Shown here in pieces: positions 30,864-42,437 of a DNA stretch of 64,000 nucleotides (positions are counted from its first letter, which is position 1; each line of letters begins with the position of its first letter). Position numbers and translations under genes: made by a program. The DNA comes from Nitrospirota bacterium. GTDB lineage: Bacteria > Nitrospirota > UBA9217. The stretch spans positions 128,001-192,000 of the forward strand of contig CAVUHW010000026.1 in assembly GCA_963741205.1 (NCBI GenBank), in the 5' to 3' direction. The notes under the pieces are model-generated. The model did not search any database, was not told the origin of the DNA, and worked only from the letters and a program-made list of their open reading frames with translations.

Positions 30864-33647
30864 TCACAGGTTCCCCGCGCACCTGTCGCAGATCTCCGGG
30901 TGGTCCGGCACCTTCCCCACGGTCTCGCTGTACATCCAGCAGCGTCCGCATTTGACGCCTTTAGCCGGTCCGGCAGCGATCCTGAGTCCCTTGACCGTGT
31001 CGCTCACGAAGGCATCAGCCGCAGCCTGGGACTCCGCCGCGATCTCAACCGCGGACACGATGAAGATGAAGGCCAGTTCGTTCCGGTACCGCTCCAGGAA
31101 AAGAGCGAGTTCGGGATCGGCATAGAGCGTAACAGCGGCATCGAGCGAATGGCCGATCTTCTTGTCCCTCCGGAGCGCTTCGAGCACCTTCGCCGTTTCA
31201 CCTCGGACGGCGATGATCCTGTCCCACCGCTCTTCAAGGCCTTCGTCGATGTACCGCTCTTCAGCCTGCGGGAAAGAGGCAAGAAAGACGCTCGCAGTCT
31301 TCGTCCCGTCTTTCATGTAGCCCCAGACCTCGTCGGCGGTGAACGATAGCACCGGCGCCATGAGGCGGACCATGGCCGAGAGGATTGTGTACATGGCAGT
31401 CTGGCCCGAGCGGCGTTCAACAGAGGAAGCCTTCGCCGTATACAGCCGGTCCTTCAGGATATCCAGGTAGAAGGCGCTCATGTCCACGGCGCAGAAATTG
31501 TGCAGGGAGTGGAACACGATGTGGAACTCGAAATCGTCGTAGCCGGTGCGGACGCGCTGAATCAGCTTCTGCAGCCGGTGCAGGGCCCAGCGGTCGATCT
31601 CAAGCAGGTCCTTGTCCGCGACGCGGTCCCTTCCGGGGTCGAAGTCCGAGAGGTTGCCGAGCAGATACCTGCCCGTGTTCCTGATCCTGCGGTACGCCTC
31701 GGCCAGGTGGGTCAGGATCTCCTGGGAGATCCTGATGTCGTCCCGGTAGTCGGCCGCTGATACCCAGAGCCGAAGGACCTCGGCGCCGTACTTGTCGATC
31801 ACTTCCTGCGGCGCCACGACGTTGCCCGCGGACTTGCTCATCTTCTTGCCCGAACCGTCGACGGTAAATCCGTGCGTCAACACGGTCCGGTACGGCGCCT
31901 GGCCCGTGGTGGCCACCGAGGTGAGGAGCGAAGACTGGAACCACCCGCGGTGCTGGTCGCTGCCTTCGAGGTACATGTCCGCGGGCCACGAAAGCTCCTT
32001 GCGCTGCCGGAGCACCGCGGCGTGGCTTACGCCGGAATCGAACCACACGTCGAGGATGTCCATCTCTTTTTCGAGGTTCTTGCCGCCGCACTTCCCGCAG
32101 GCCGCGCCGGAGGGGAGCAGTTCCTGCGGCGTCCTTACGAACCAGGCATCGGCCCCTTCCTGCTCGACGATCTGCGCGACATGGTTTACGACATTCTGGT
32201 CCAGCAGGAGCTCGCCGCAGTCCTTGCACGTAAAGGCGATGATCGGAACCCCCCAGGCCCTCTGGCGCGAGATGCACCAGTCCGGCCGGTTTTCCATCAT
32301 GCCGAGAATGCGGTCCTTGCCCCAGGCGGGCACCCAGGAGACCTTGTGGATGTTCTCAAGGGTCTTCTTGTGGAGGTCGTTCGTCTTCATCGAGATGAAC
32401 CACTGCTCGGTCGCCCTGAAAATCACGGGATTCTTGCAGCGCCAGCAGTGCGGATAGGAGTGTGCGATCTTCTCCTCGGCCAAAAGAGCGCTCCTGCTTT
32501 TGAGCAGCTCGATGATGCCCTTGTTCGCCTTGAACACCTGCTGGCCGGCGAACTCGCCCGCCTCTTTCGTAAAGCGCCCCTTGTGGTCCACCGGCGCATA
32601 GATATCGAGGCCGTAGCGGAGACCGGCCTCATAGTCCTCCTGGCCGTGGCCGGGCGCGGTGTGCACGGCGCCGGTGCCGGCCTCAAGGGTCACGTGGTCG
32701 CCCAGGATGACGAGGGAGTCGCGGTCGATGAAGGGGTGGCGCGCCTTGAGGCCTTCGAGCCTCCTGCCCTTGAATTTATCGAGGACCCTGTAGTTGGCGA
32801 TGCCGAATTTTTCCATCGACTGTTTCAAAAGCCCTTCGGCAAGGATGAGCGCCGAACCTGCCTGATCTCGACCGCGACATAGTCGAACTCGGGGTGCAGC
32901 GCAACGGCCAGGTTCGCGACGAGCGTCCAGGGCGTCGTAGTCCAGATAGCGATCGACGTTGTTTTCCCGTTCAGGGACGGAATGGCCTTGCCGGCATCGG
33001 GCAGTTCGAACCGCACGTACACGGAAGGGGACTCGTGATCGGCGTACTCCACCTCGGCTTCGGCCAGGGCCGTTTCGTCGAACCCGCACCAGTACACGGG
33101 TTTCTTGCCCTTGTACACGCCGCCGGCGGCCACGAACTTTCCCGAGCTCGCGCACGATGGCGGCCTCATAGCCGTAGTCCATCGTACGGTAGGGGTTGTC
33201 CCAGTCCCCGAAAACGCCGAGCCGCTTGAATTCCTCGCGCTGGATATCGATGAATTTTTCCGCGTACTCGCGGCAGAGCCTGCGGATCTCGATCTGGCTC
33301 ATGCCTTCTTTCTTCGGCCCCAGGCCCTTCAGGACCTGGTGCTCGATCGGAAGGCCGTGGCAGTCCCAGCCCGGTACGTAGGGGCTCCGGAACCCTTCCA
33401 TTGTCTTGAACTTGACGATGATGTCCTTCAGGATCTTGTTCAGGGCATGGCCGATGTGGATATGGCCGTTCGCGTAGGGCGGCCCGTCATGCAGGATATA
33501 GGTCCCGCGTTCCGGGGCACCCTCCTGGAGCCGATCATGGATTTTTTCCTGCCGCCATTTCTCGATGACCCGCGGTTCGAGGTCCCGGAGATTGGCCTTC
33601 ATGGGGAAATCGGTCTTCGGCAAATTCAGTGTTGTTTTATAGTCCAT
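30864..33647 (-). CDS. ileS: isoleucyl-tRNA synthetase type 1; compensating frameshifts near 33140 and 32860
   Basis: [32 protein letters not shown] (alternate frame), [30 protein letters not shown]-terminal zinc finger. Confidence 0.97.
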   Translation of the reverse strand: MDYKTTLNLPKTDFPMKANLRDLEPRVIEKWRQEKIHDRLQEGAPERGTYILHDGPPYANGHIHIGHALNKILKDIIVKFKTMEGFRSPYVPGWDCHGLPIEHQVLKGLGPKKEGMSQIEIRRLCREYAEKFIDIQREEFKRLGVFGDWDNPYRTMDYGYEAAIVRELGKVRGRRRRVQGQETRVLVRVRRNGPGRSRGGVRRSRVPFRVRAVRTARCRQGHSVPERENNVDRYLDYDALDARREPGRCAAPRVRLCRGRDQAGSALILAEGLLKQSMEKFGIANYRVLDKFKGRRLEGLKARHPFIDRDSLVILGDHVTLEAGTGAVHTAPGHGQEDYEAGLRYGLDIYAPVDHKGRFTKEAGEFAGQQVFKANKGIIELLKSRSALLAEEKIAHSYPHCWRCKNPVIFRATEQWFISMKTNDLHKKTLENIHKVSWVPAWGKDRILGMMENRPDWCISRQRAWGVPIIAFTCKDCGELLLDQNVVNHVAQIVEQEGADAWFVRTPQELLPSGAACGKCGGKNLEKEMDILDVWFDSGVSHAAVLRQRKELSWPADMYLEGSDQHRGWFQSSLLTSVATTGQAPYRTVLTHGFTVDGSGKKMSKSAGNVVAPQEVIDKYGAEVLRLWVSAADYRDDIRISQEILTHLAEAYRRIRNTGRYLLGNLSDFDPGRDRVADKDLLEIDRWALHRLQKLIQRVRTGYDDFEFHIVFHSLHNFCAVDMSAFYLDILKDRLYTAKASSVERRSGQTAMYTILSAMVRLMAPVLSFTADEVWGYMKDGTKTASVFLASFPQAEERYIDEGLEERWDRIIAVRGETAKVLEALRRDKKIGHSLDAAVTLYADPELALFLERYRNELAFIFIVSAVEIAAESQAAADAFVSDTVKGLRIAAGPAKGVKCGRCWMYSETVGKVPDHPEICDRCAGNL

Positions 33648-33796
33648 GCAGAGTACATCCCCCATTCCGCGTTCGAGCAGTACAATGAGAATCTAATAAA
33701 ACAAAGAGGCTGGATTCCCGATAGAATCATTCGGCATGACCGCTCTTACGATTTATTCCGCATTCGGCATTCCGAAATCCGCAATTCTTGATTCAC

Positions 33797-36274
33797 CTAG
33801 TCCGTTATTTCCTCGGGATTGAACTTCTTGGGCGGGGCTTCTACGGCGTCGCCCTGGTCGAGCAGATAGAATTGCCCCGTGTTCCGGCGCTCCTTGTCCG
33901 CGTACTGCACAGGCTCCGTTCCGCGACGAAATACATCGTTGATGGCGTCCGCCTGCCCTTCCCGCGCCAGGAGCCCCGTCTCGGGATCGATCTTCACGGT
34001 CACCACGTCGTCGGGCGGCGTGAAGTCCTCGGCGGGTTTGTCCGCCATGGCCCTCGCCATGACCGATATCCAGATCGGGAGCGCGGCCCGGGCCCCTGTT
34101 TCCTTGTTTCCGAGCGACGCCTTGGGATTGTCATAGCCGACCCATACGCCGGTCACGATGCCCGGCGTGAAGCCCACGAACCAGGCGTCCACGTAATTGT
34201 TCGTCGTGCCGGTCTTGCCCGCAACCGGCTTCCCGAGCACCTTGGCGCCCCTTCCCGTGCCTTCCTCCACCACGCTCTTGAGCAGGCTGTCGACGAGGTA
34301 GGCCGTGATCGGGTTGATGGACTCCGTGGGCTGGGGTTCGTAGGACTCAAGCACCTCGCCCTTGCTGTCGATGATGCTCGTGATCAGGATCGGTTCGGTG
34401 CGCACGCCCTGCGAAGCGAAGGTCGCGTAGGCGGAGGTAAGCTCCAGCGGCGTGACCGCCGAGGAACCGAGGGCCGTCGTGTAGTCGTAGCTGATATGGC
34501 TCGTGATGCCGGCCTTGCGGGCGAAATCGATCGCCTTGTCCAGGCCGATCTTCTCGAGGAGCCCCACGGTGACCGCGTTGCGCGAGAGCGCCAGCGCGGT
34601 CCTCAGGCGCATGGGGCCCAGGAACCGTTCGTCGTAGTTCTCCGGCTTCCAACCCTTCTTGTCGTACTCGCTCTTCTCGTGGATCACCGGCAGGTCCATC
34701 AGGATCGAAGCGGGCGTAAACCCGTTTTCGAGCGCCGCGCCGTACACAAAGGGCTTAAACGACGATCCGGGCTGGCGCTTGGCCTCCGTCGCATGGTTGA
34801 ACCCGCCCTCCACGAAATCGTAGCCGCCCACGAGGGCGCGAATGTAGCCCGTATAAGGCTCAATGGACACCACGGCGCCCTCCACAAGAGGGGTCTGGTC
34901 CAGGGCAAAGGAAGCAAGCCGCTTCTTCCTGTCGAAATCCTTGAACCGGACTTTGATGATATCGCCGGGCTTCACGATATCCTGCGGTTTCCTGAACTCT
35001 TCGCCGTTGTCCTTCTTTTTATGATTGATCAGCGCCCAGGCCATGTCGTCGTGAGTGATGGTACCGACGAGGCCGCGTCCCCTGACCGTGATGGAAGTGT
35101 CGCCGACGTCAAGCACCTGTGCGTTAAATCCCTCGCCGGGCTTTACCATCACGTGGAGAGAACTGACCAGCGCCTGGTCCCCTTTCAATTGTTTGAAACC
35201 CACGCGGCCCCGGAAACCCTGCCGCTTGTCAAGGGCGCGAAGCCCTTCCCTGAGCGCCGCGACCGCGGTACGCTGGAGCTCGAGATCGATGGACGTAGAG
35301 ACCTTGAGCCCTCCCTGATACAGTTTGTCGGGCCCGTATTTTTTCTCCACGTACTTGCGGACATAGTCGACGATATGCGGCGCGAAGTCCTCCTGAGAGC
35401 CGCAGGTTCTCGAGGTTCAGGGACTGGTTGTAGAACTGGGTTGCCTGGGCCTCGGTGATATATCCTTCCTCCGCCATTCTCCGGAGGACATGCAACTGCC
35501 TCAGTTTGGTGAGATCGATATCGCCGTAGGGCGAGTAAGCCTGAAGGCGACTGGGGCAGCCCGGCGAGAAGGGCCGACTCGGCCTGGTTGACCTCCCAGA
35601 TGTTCTTGCCGAAATAGGTCTTGGCGGCCATCTGAACGCCGTAGGCGCCGTGTCCGAAGTAGACCCTGTTCAGGTAGAGCTCGAGGATTTCATCTTTCGT
35701 GAGCTCCTTCTCGATCCGGCGCGCGAGAATAATTTCCTTGATCTTCCGCGACAATTTCCTCTCCGGGGAAAGGAACACCACCTTGGTCAACTGCTGGGTG
35801 ATGGTGCTGCCGCCCTGCTTCAGCCTCACGGAAATGATGTCCTTCATAGGCCGCGCGCATGATGCCCCGGTAATCGATGCCCTTGTGCTGGTAAAAACGG
35901 GGGTCCTCGGTGGCCAACAGCGCGTTGATCATATGTTTCGGGATCCGCTGGATCGGCACATAGATGCCCTTTTCGATCCTGATCTGCCCCAGCACGCGCC
36001 CGTCTTCCGCCAGAATCGTCGTGCCCGCGCTCGGCTTGTAATCCTTGAGCGATTCTATCGTCGGCAGGTCGAAGGACAGGACGTAGAACATCAGCGCGAG
36101 GATGAGTGCCCCGGCTACAAGGAGAATGACGAGGATCGCAAGCGCCTTCTTTGGCGTCAGGCCCTTAAGCCCGGGCACGGCGACATTAAACCAGAAGACC
36201 TTGAACTTCTCCCAGGCGAAGAGGAAAATCTTTTTGAACGCCTCGAGAAACTTTTGAAACAGGTTTTTCAGCAT
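33797..36274 (-). CDS. mrcA: penicillin-binding protein 1A; frameshifted into three ORFs
   Basis: TM anchor; [28 protein letters not shown]; transpeptidase [17 protein letters not shown]. Confidence 0.92.
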
Positions 36275-36442
36275 GCGGAATCAGCAACCTCGTGATAATT
36301 CATATAATTTGAGCAGCATCGAAAATAATAACATCAAGGGGGGATAAAATCAAACGAAAAGTTGGTTGAAGGGAAGAAATGGCGCTGAAATGAACCTCCC
36401 CGCTGCAAAGCTAAGGAGGTGAAATTCTAAACCTGCATCGTC

Positions 36443-37054
36443 TCATATTTTCCTGATCACCCCGACCGCCTTGCCGACGATCCGGAACTCGCCGCGTTCG
36501 ACGAAGAGGGGCTTCATCGTGCTGTTCTCCGGTTGCAGGCGGACGCGGTTCTTCTCAAGAAAGAAGCGCTTGACCGTGGCCTCGCCGTCCGTCTGCGCGA
36601 CGACGATATCGCCGTTCTGCGCCGTTGACTGCGCGCGGACCAGCAGCGTATCCCCGTCCATGATATGGGCGTTCACCATGCTCTCGCCTTTGACCTTCAG
36701 GGCAAAGAGGTTGTTGCCGCTCCGGAGCGAAAAGAGCGAAAGGTCGACCATGACCTCTCCTTCCCGGTTCTCCGGCGACAAGACCGGCATCCCCGCCGCG
36801 ACCCTGCCCAGGAGGGGGATCGCGGACGCCGGTCGATTTCCCGTCGGGAGCGAGATACCGCGCGACTTTCCCCGCTCCCGGGCAATGAGCCCAAGCGCTT
36901 CGAGCGCAGCAAGGTGCCTTTCCACGCCGTTCGTCGAGCGGATCCCGGATTTTACTCCGATCTCGCGCATGGAGGGAGGTATCCCGCGCGTGGCGATTGT
37001 CGAACGAATGAAATCATATATCTGTTGCTGACGTTCAGTGATTTTGTTTTTCAT
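36443..37054 (-). CDS. lexA: LexA repressor
   Basis: TERQQQIYDFI, PPSMREIG, GRVAAG cleavage site, GESM (Ser), ATVKRF (Lys), LQPEN. Confidence 0.96.
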   Translation of the reverse strand: MKNKITERQQQIYDFIRSTIATRGIPPSMREIGVKSGIRSTNGVERHLAALEALGLIARERGKSRGISLPTGNRPASAIPLLGRVAAGMPVLSPENREGEVMVDLSLFSLRSGNNLFALKVKGESMVNAHIMDGDTLLVRAQSTAQNGDIVVAQTDGEATVKRFFLEKNRVRLQPENSTMKPLFVERGEFRIVGKAVGVIRKI

Positions 37055-37234
37055 GTAAAAGACCTCCGTAAGACTTGAATGAACTTGCGAGTCAGTTGTA
37101 ACCACAGATGAACACGGATAAAACAGATAAGGACGAACTCACTGGATCCCCGATTGAAGCATTCGGGGATGACAGAATTATTTCATTCCGCATTCGGCAT
37201 TCCGAATTTAAATCATTCCGCAATCCGCTGAATT

Positions 37235-38453
37235 CTAATACTGCCTGTCCCCCTCCGGCCTCCACGCCGGGGAGATGACCCGTTCATGCCGGTACCGCTC
37301 GGCGAGCGTGCCCCACGTCACCGTGAAATCGCCATACCGGTCGTTGATATCGTCCATGGCCTCGGCGATGAACTTCCTTTTCCGCTCATCGTCGAAGAGA
37401 GGCATCTGCGACGCATGCCTTTCGAGGCCCGAGACGCTTACGCCCACGAGCCGGACCGGCAAGGCCAGCCGGAGTCCCCTCAGGAGTTCCCGGATGGACG
37501 AAAAGATATCAAGGCCGTGGTTCACGGCGTGGTCCAGCCTCTTTTGCCTGCTGAAGGTATGAAAATCGGAGTAGCGGAGCGTGAGGCTCACCGTATGCCC
37601 GTGGTATGAGCCCCGCCGGAGCCTGCGACCCACCTTCTCCGAGAGTTGAAGGATATGGCGCTCGATCATCGGGATGTCCGAACAGTCCTCATCGAGCGTC
37701 ATGCTGTGGCCCATGGATTTGCTCTCTTCCTCCTGCTGCTCGATCAGTGAAACAACGGGATCATCGTCGATCCCCAGCCCCATGTCCCGAAGCCGCTCTC
37801 CGGCGAGCCCGAACCGCGCCGTGAGCTTCGAGAGCGGCGCGCGGCCGAGTTCGCCGCACGTTCTGATGCCCATGGCCGCGAGGCTCTGCGTCAGGCTGGG
37901 CCCGATGCCGCAGAGTCTCCTTCACCGGAAGGTCTTCGAGCACTTCATGCACGTCCTCCGGAGAGATGAGCACGAGGCCGTCCGGTTTCTGCATATCGCT
38001 CCCAAGCTTGGCCAGCAGCTTGTTCGGCCCGATGCCGATGGAGCAGGTGAGCCCCTTCTCCTGCCAGATCCGTTCCTTGATCCGGATCGCGATCTGAACC
38101 GGGTCTCCGAGCAGGCGTTCGCAGCCCGTCACGTCCAGAAAGGCCTCGTCGATGGAGAAGAGCTCGACAAGGGGCGTAAAATCCTTCCAGATCTCGATAA
38201 GTTCCTTGCAGGCCTGAGAATATTTCGCCGGATCGGCCGCGGCAAAAACAAGTCCCGGACAGGCGGTCTTCGCCTCGCCGTAGGTCATGCCGGTCCTGAC
38301 GCCGAAGGCCCGGGCCTCGTAGGACGGAGAGAGGACGACCCCCCGGTGCTCCGAGCCGATCACGGCCATGGCCTTGCCCCGGAGCGCCGGGTTGGCCCGC
38401 TGTTCGACGGAGGCGAAGAAGGCGTTCATGTCGATATGAAGAATCGTTCTCAT
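37235..38453 (-). CDS. dinB: DNA polymerase IV (Y-family); frameshift near 37915
   Basis: ILHIDMNAFFASVE, SYEARAFGV, SIDEAFLD, KLLAKLGSDMQKPDG, little-finger KSMGHSMTL, VRLVGV. Confidence 0.93.
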
Positions 38454-38460
38454 GGACGAT

Positions 38461-38489
38461 AGTATAGTGAACATTTGTTCACTTGTCAA
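38461..38489 (-). promoter_or_regulatory. sigma70 promoter of dinB-lexA with an SOS-box-like operator in the spacer
   Basis: minus strand TTGACA (38489-84), 17 nt, TATACT (38466-61); palindrome AGTGAAC-ATTT-GTTCACT at 38466-38483. Confidence 0.85.
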
Positions 38490-38511
38490 GGGGCTTCGAA
38501 CCGTAATTCCC

Positions 38512-38929
38512 CTACTTGTCCAAGCCCTTGCCCTTCAAATACTCGCCGAATTTCATGTCCAGCCTCATAATATGGGCGACGATCCAGTCTACGACCACCT
38601 GGTTCGTCGTGGCGGAAAGATTGTAGGAGCTGCCCCGGATGCGCGGCAGGGAAGCCTGTTTCTTGAGTTCGGCGAGCGCTGCCAGGTATTTCTTGTGGTC
38701 CTCGTGCTGCGCTTCAAGACCCGCGTAATGCGTCTCCGGCCATGTGTTTTTCCTCCTCGGAAAAATGGACCCGGGCGTAATCGTCGAGGAACTTGATCGT
38801 CCCGTCGATTTCCGTTTTGCAGCGCCGCTCTTTGATCGCGGTGACAAGGTTGTTGATCCGTCTGAAAAGCTCTTTGTGCTGGCTGTCGATCGTACTGATG
38901 CCGGTCGCCAGCTTTTCCGTCCACTCCAC
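38512..38929 (-). CDS. bacteriohemerythrin; frameshift near 38735
   Basis: WTEKLATGISTIDSQHKELF, HFSEEEKHM, QHEDH, DWIVAHIMRLD. Confidence 0.85.
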
Positions 38930-39113
38930 GATGGGCCTCCTTGACAGAAAAAGTGATACGGGATATTAGCTGGCGGCACAATGGATGTCAAGAGATGGTG
39001 CGTTGCGGTCCCGATCCGCCTCTCAAAACGGCGACGCGTCGGACGCCGGACCCGGTGGCTGCCATGCCGGACAACCATTTGACACCGGTACGCAAAAGGG
39101 TTAAGTTTGTTTT

Positions 39114-39920
39114 ATGAAAACCGCAGTCGAAATCTACAAACTTTTGCCCAAGACCAACTGCGGCAAGTGCGGGCTGTCGAGCTGCATGGGCTTTGCCGCG
39201 AAGCTGGCCTCCCGCCAGGCGAAAGCGGACGACTGCCCGGCCATGACGGAGCCGGCCCGCGAAGGTCCTGCGTGAGGACGATGCGGGGCTTCGGCAATCG
39301 CCGGGGACCGTCTACGAGCAGGCGCTCAAGTCCCTGCGGCCCAAGATTCGAAACCCTCGACTTCCCGAAAACGGCGCGACTGTTCGGAGCGACCCTTGCC
39401 GGTCCGGACTGCCTTGAGCTCATGTTCCTGAACGAAACCTATACGGTCACGAAAGAAAGGATACTGGACTCGGCGTGTAAAGAACCGCGGCCCTGGGTCT
39501 CCATCCTGATCTACAACCACCTCTGCATGCCCGATCCGCCTCCCCCAGCCGAAGAATGGATAACCTTCGGTTCAGTGCCGGCGTCCCACGCGAAGGACAA
39601 GGCGTGGGTCGGCCACGTGGAAGAGGTGATCGCGAAGCACTTTGCCGGCAATACGGCCGGCCTCAAGGCCGCCTGCGAGAGGTTCGGCGGAGTAAAGGCA
39701 GAAGTACGGGGCAATCACGACGCGGCCTATGAATTCCGCTTCTTTCCCCATTACCCCGTGCTGCTGCTGTTTTACGACGCGGTAGCCGATGAGAACTTTC
39801 CGGCCCAGTGCAAACTGCTGCTGGACAAGACCGCTCCGCGCTATCTGGACATCGAATCGATCGTGGTATTGGGGGAGGAGTTCGCGGGAAGATTGACGGG
39901 TGCAGCGATTCAAATCACGG
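39114..39920 (+). CDS. Fe-S-binding domain + DUF3786-like protein; frameshifted, 3' end approximate
   Basis: MKTAVEIYKLLPKTNCGKCGLSSCMGFAAKL...CP from ATG 39114; C-terminal FFPHYPVLLLFYDA..ENFPAQCKLLLD..YLDIES. Confidence 0.7.
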
Positions 39921-39979
39921 ATATCATTGCACTGCGCAATGCACTCCATCGCTTGCTGCTTGCATCGGAATCGGCTCAT

Positions 39980-40742
39980 TCACAAGCGGATCCAGTTTTC
40001 ATTGACGCGTATACGCATCAGAAATTCCACGTTCCCGTCCTGGCCCGTAATCGGCGATGGGATGACGCCCTTCACCTCGAACCCCTGATCCCGGACGAAC
40101 CCGACGATCCTTTCGACCGCCGCGGTTCTCGTCGCGTCGTCGCGCACGACCCCGCCCTTGCCCACCTGGCCCCTTCCCGCCTCGAACTGGGGCTTGATGA
40201 GCGCGACAAGCTCCGAACTTTTTTTCAGGAATTTCAGGACGGCGGGGATCACCTTCTCGAGGGAAATGAATGAGACATCGATGACCGCGACGTCAACGAG
40301 TTCGGGGACGAGCGACGGCCCCATCTCGCGGATGTTCGTCCGCTCAATGACAACGACGCGTGGGTCCTGCCTGAGCTTCCACGCCATCTGGCCATACCCT
40401 ACATCAACGGCGTAGACTTTATGAGCTCCTTGTTGGAGCAGGCAGTCCGTAAAGCCGCCCGTGGACGCGCCTATGTCGAGCGCGGTCTTGCCTTCTACGG
40501 ATACGTGAAATTCCTGCAAGGCCTTCTCAAGTTTCAGCCCTCCGCGCCCCACATAGCGGAGCGCCTCGCCGGTTATGCGGATCTCAGCGTCATCCGGCAC
40601 GGACATCCCCGCCTTGTCCTTCCTCTGTCCGTTCACAAGCACCTGGCCGGCGGCGATGATCGCCTGCGCCTTTTCACGGCTCTCCGCCAGACCGCGTTCG
40701 ACAAGGAGGAGGTCCAGGCGGAGCTTTTCTTTTTTGGTTCAT
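39980..40742 (-). CDS. tlyA: TlyA-family rRNA 2'-O-methyltransferase; homopolymer indel at the 5' end
   Basis: RLDLLLVERGLAESREKAQA S4, YVGRGGLKL, LDIGASTGGFTD, DVSFISL, LIKPQFE, GNVEF. Confidence 0.93.
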
Positions 40743-40864
40743 GAATTTTATCCGTAAGGCTGTTGGACGCGGATAAACGCAGATTTTCGCTGATAAAGAC
40801 CAGACAGTCAGGTGGAAACTCAAAGGCAATTTTTTATCAACAACAGCAATTCATTTTGTTTTTT

Positions 40865-42436
40865 TCAGCCTTCATCCGCCTTTATCCGATTTAATCTGCG
40901 TCCAATTGCTTTTTCCGATATTTTTTTTGGGTTTATCGGTCTTTCCCGGTTGAGGGGCAGGGTAAAGGAGAACGTGCTCCCCTTGCCGTAACAGCTCTCC
41001 GCCCGGATGGTGCCGCCGTGGAACTCGACGATCTCCCGGGCGATGGCGAGACCGAGGCCGGTCCCCTCCTCGGCGCTGGTCAGGTGATCGCCGGACCGTT
41101 GAAACTTGTCGAATATGATCTTGAGGTCCTCTTCCGGAATGCCTTTCCCCGTATCGGTTACGGATACCGTGATCCTCGGCTGATCGGCCTCGCGGCGGGC
41201 GGAGACCTGAACGCTGCCGCCCGGCGGTGTGAACTTGACGGCATTCGAAAGGATGTTCATAACGACCTGGACCAGGCGGTCACGGTCGCCCCGGACCGGC
41301 GGGAGATCCGGGGTGATCTCGGTCACCACGTGCAGGGTTTTGTTCTGGGCAAGCGGCATGATGCCCGCAAGCGAGTCCCGGATGATATCGTCAAGGGAAA
41401 TGTCGGTGATACGCCAGGCGATGGTCCCGGACTCGATCATGGAGAGATCGAGGAGGTCTTTGATGAGCCGGGCGAGGCGGTCGCTCTCGGCGTTGATGAT
41501 GTTCAGGATCTTGTCTTTTTTCTCGGGAGTAAGGTTCGGCTTCGCGAGCAGCAATTCCACGTACGCCTTGATCGACGTCACGGGCGTGCGGAGCTCATGC
41601 GAAGCGACGGCTATGAAGTCCGATTTCAGTTTGTCGAGCTCTTTCAGCTTCCTGTTCGCTTCCCGCAGCTCTTCGGTAGAATATTCAAGGTCTGCGATCG
41701 TCCTTTCCAGATCGCGCCGGCGCGCCTCGAGCGCCCGGTCCCGGTCCTGGATCGTCGAAACCATGTCGTTGAACCCCCTGGCCAGTGCGCCCAGTTCGTC
41801 CTCACTGGACTCCGCGGCCCTCACGGAAAAATCCTTGTTCAAGGAGATGCCCTGCATCATCGATACGAGGTCCGCTACGGGGCGCGTGATGGACCGCTGC
41901 AGACGGGACACAAGAATAGAGACAGCCGCGAGCGCAATGGCGACCACGAGCACGGCGGCGGTCAGGTAACGCAGCAGAAGCTTATAAAAATTTTCCAGAT
42001 TCGAGCTGATCAGGACCGACCCGATCCGTTTATTGCGAAGGGTGATGCTCCGGGAGAGAACCAGGCGGTCGGCCTCGAACCGGTGTCCCTCTTCCCCCGG
42101 CTGAAGGGACTGTTGGTCAACATTCCCCGTACGGTCGAACCGGGCAAAGAGGGCGCCGCCGCGGGTGTACACTGCGGCATATTCGATGTCGGGGTCCGCT
42201 CGCAGCGAGGAAAGCGTTTCCGCCGCGTCCTTCCGGTCATTGAACAGCAGCGCTGCGGAGCACTGGTTCCCGATAATTTCGGCCTTGATCGTCAGGTCTG
42301 TGACCATGGACTTGCGGTAGAAGGCGAATTCGGCGGCAAACATGAGGCTGCCGGCCACCAGCATGGCGACCGCCGGGGTCAGGAGACCGATAAGGATTAG
42401 CTTCTGCTTCAGCGGACGGTTCAGGAAGCGCTCCAT
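40865..42436 (-). CDS. membrane sensor histidine kinase (YfiN/CHASE8-like periplasmic domain, HAMP, HisKA, HATPase)
   Basis: two TM helices; SAALLFNDRKDAAETLSSL; DFSVRA..DELGALARGFNDM; SHELRTP; NILSNAVKFT, DTGKGI, GTGLGLAI. Confidence 0.9.
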   Translation of the reverse strand: MERFLNRPLKQKLILIGLLTPAVAMLVAGSLMFAAEFAFYRKSMVTDLTIKAEIIGNQCSAALLFNDRKDAAETLSSLRADPDIEYAAVYTRGGALFARFDRTGNVDQQSLQPGEEGHRFEADRLVLSRSITLRNKRIGSVLISSNLENFYKLLLRYLTAAVLVVAIALAAVSILVSRLQRSITRPVADLVSMMQGISLNKDFSVRAAESSEDELGALARGFNDMVSTIQDRDRALEARRRDLERTIADLEYSTEELREANRKLKELDKLKSDFIAVASHELRTPVTSIKAYVELLLAKPNLTPEKKDKILNIINAESDRLARLIKDLLDLSMIESGTIAWRITDISLDDIIRDSLAGIMPLAQNKTLHVVTEITPDLPPVRGDRDRLVQVVMNILSNAVKFTPPGGSVQVSARREADQPRITVSVTDTGKGIPEEDLKIIFDKFQRSGDHLTSAEEGTGLGLAIAREIVEFHGGTIRAESCYGKGSTFSFTLPLNRERPINPKKISEKAIGRRLNRIKADEG

Positions 42437-42437
42437 A

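Noticed and set aside
39920-40273. Extension of the DUF3786-like ORF antisense over tlyA
   Set aside because: Probably a missed stop; no recognisable domain in the extension
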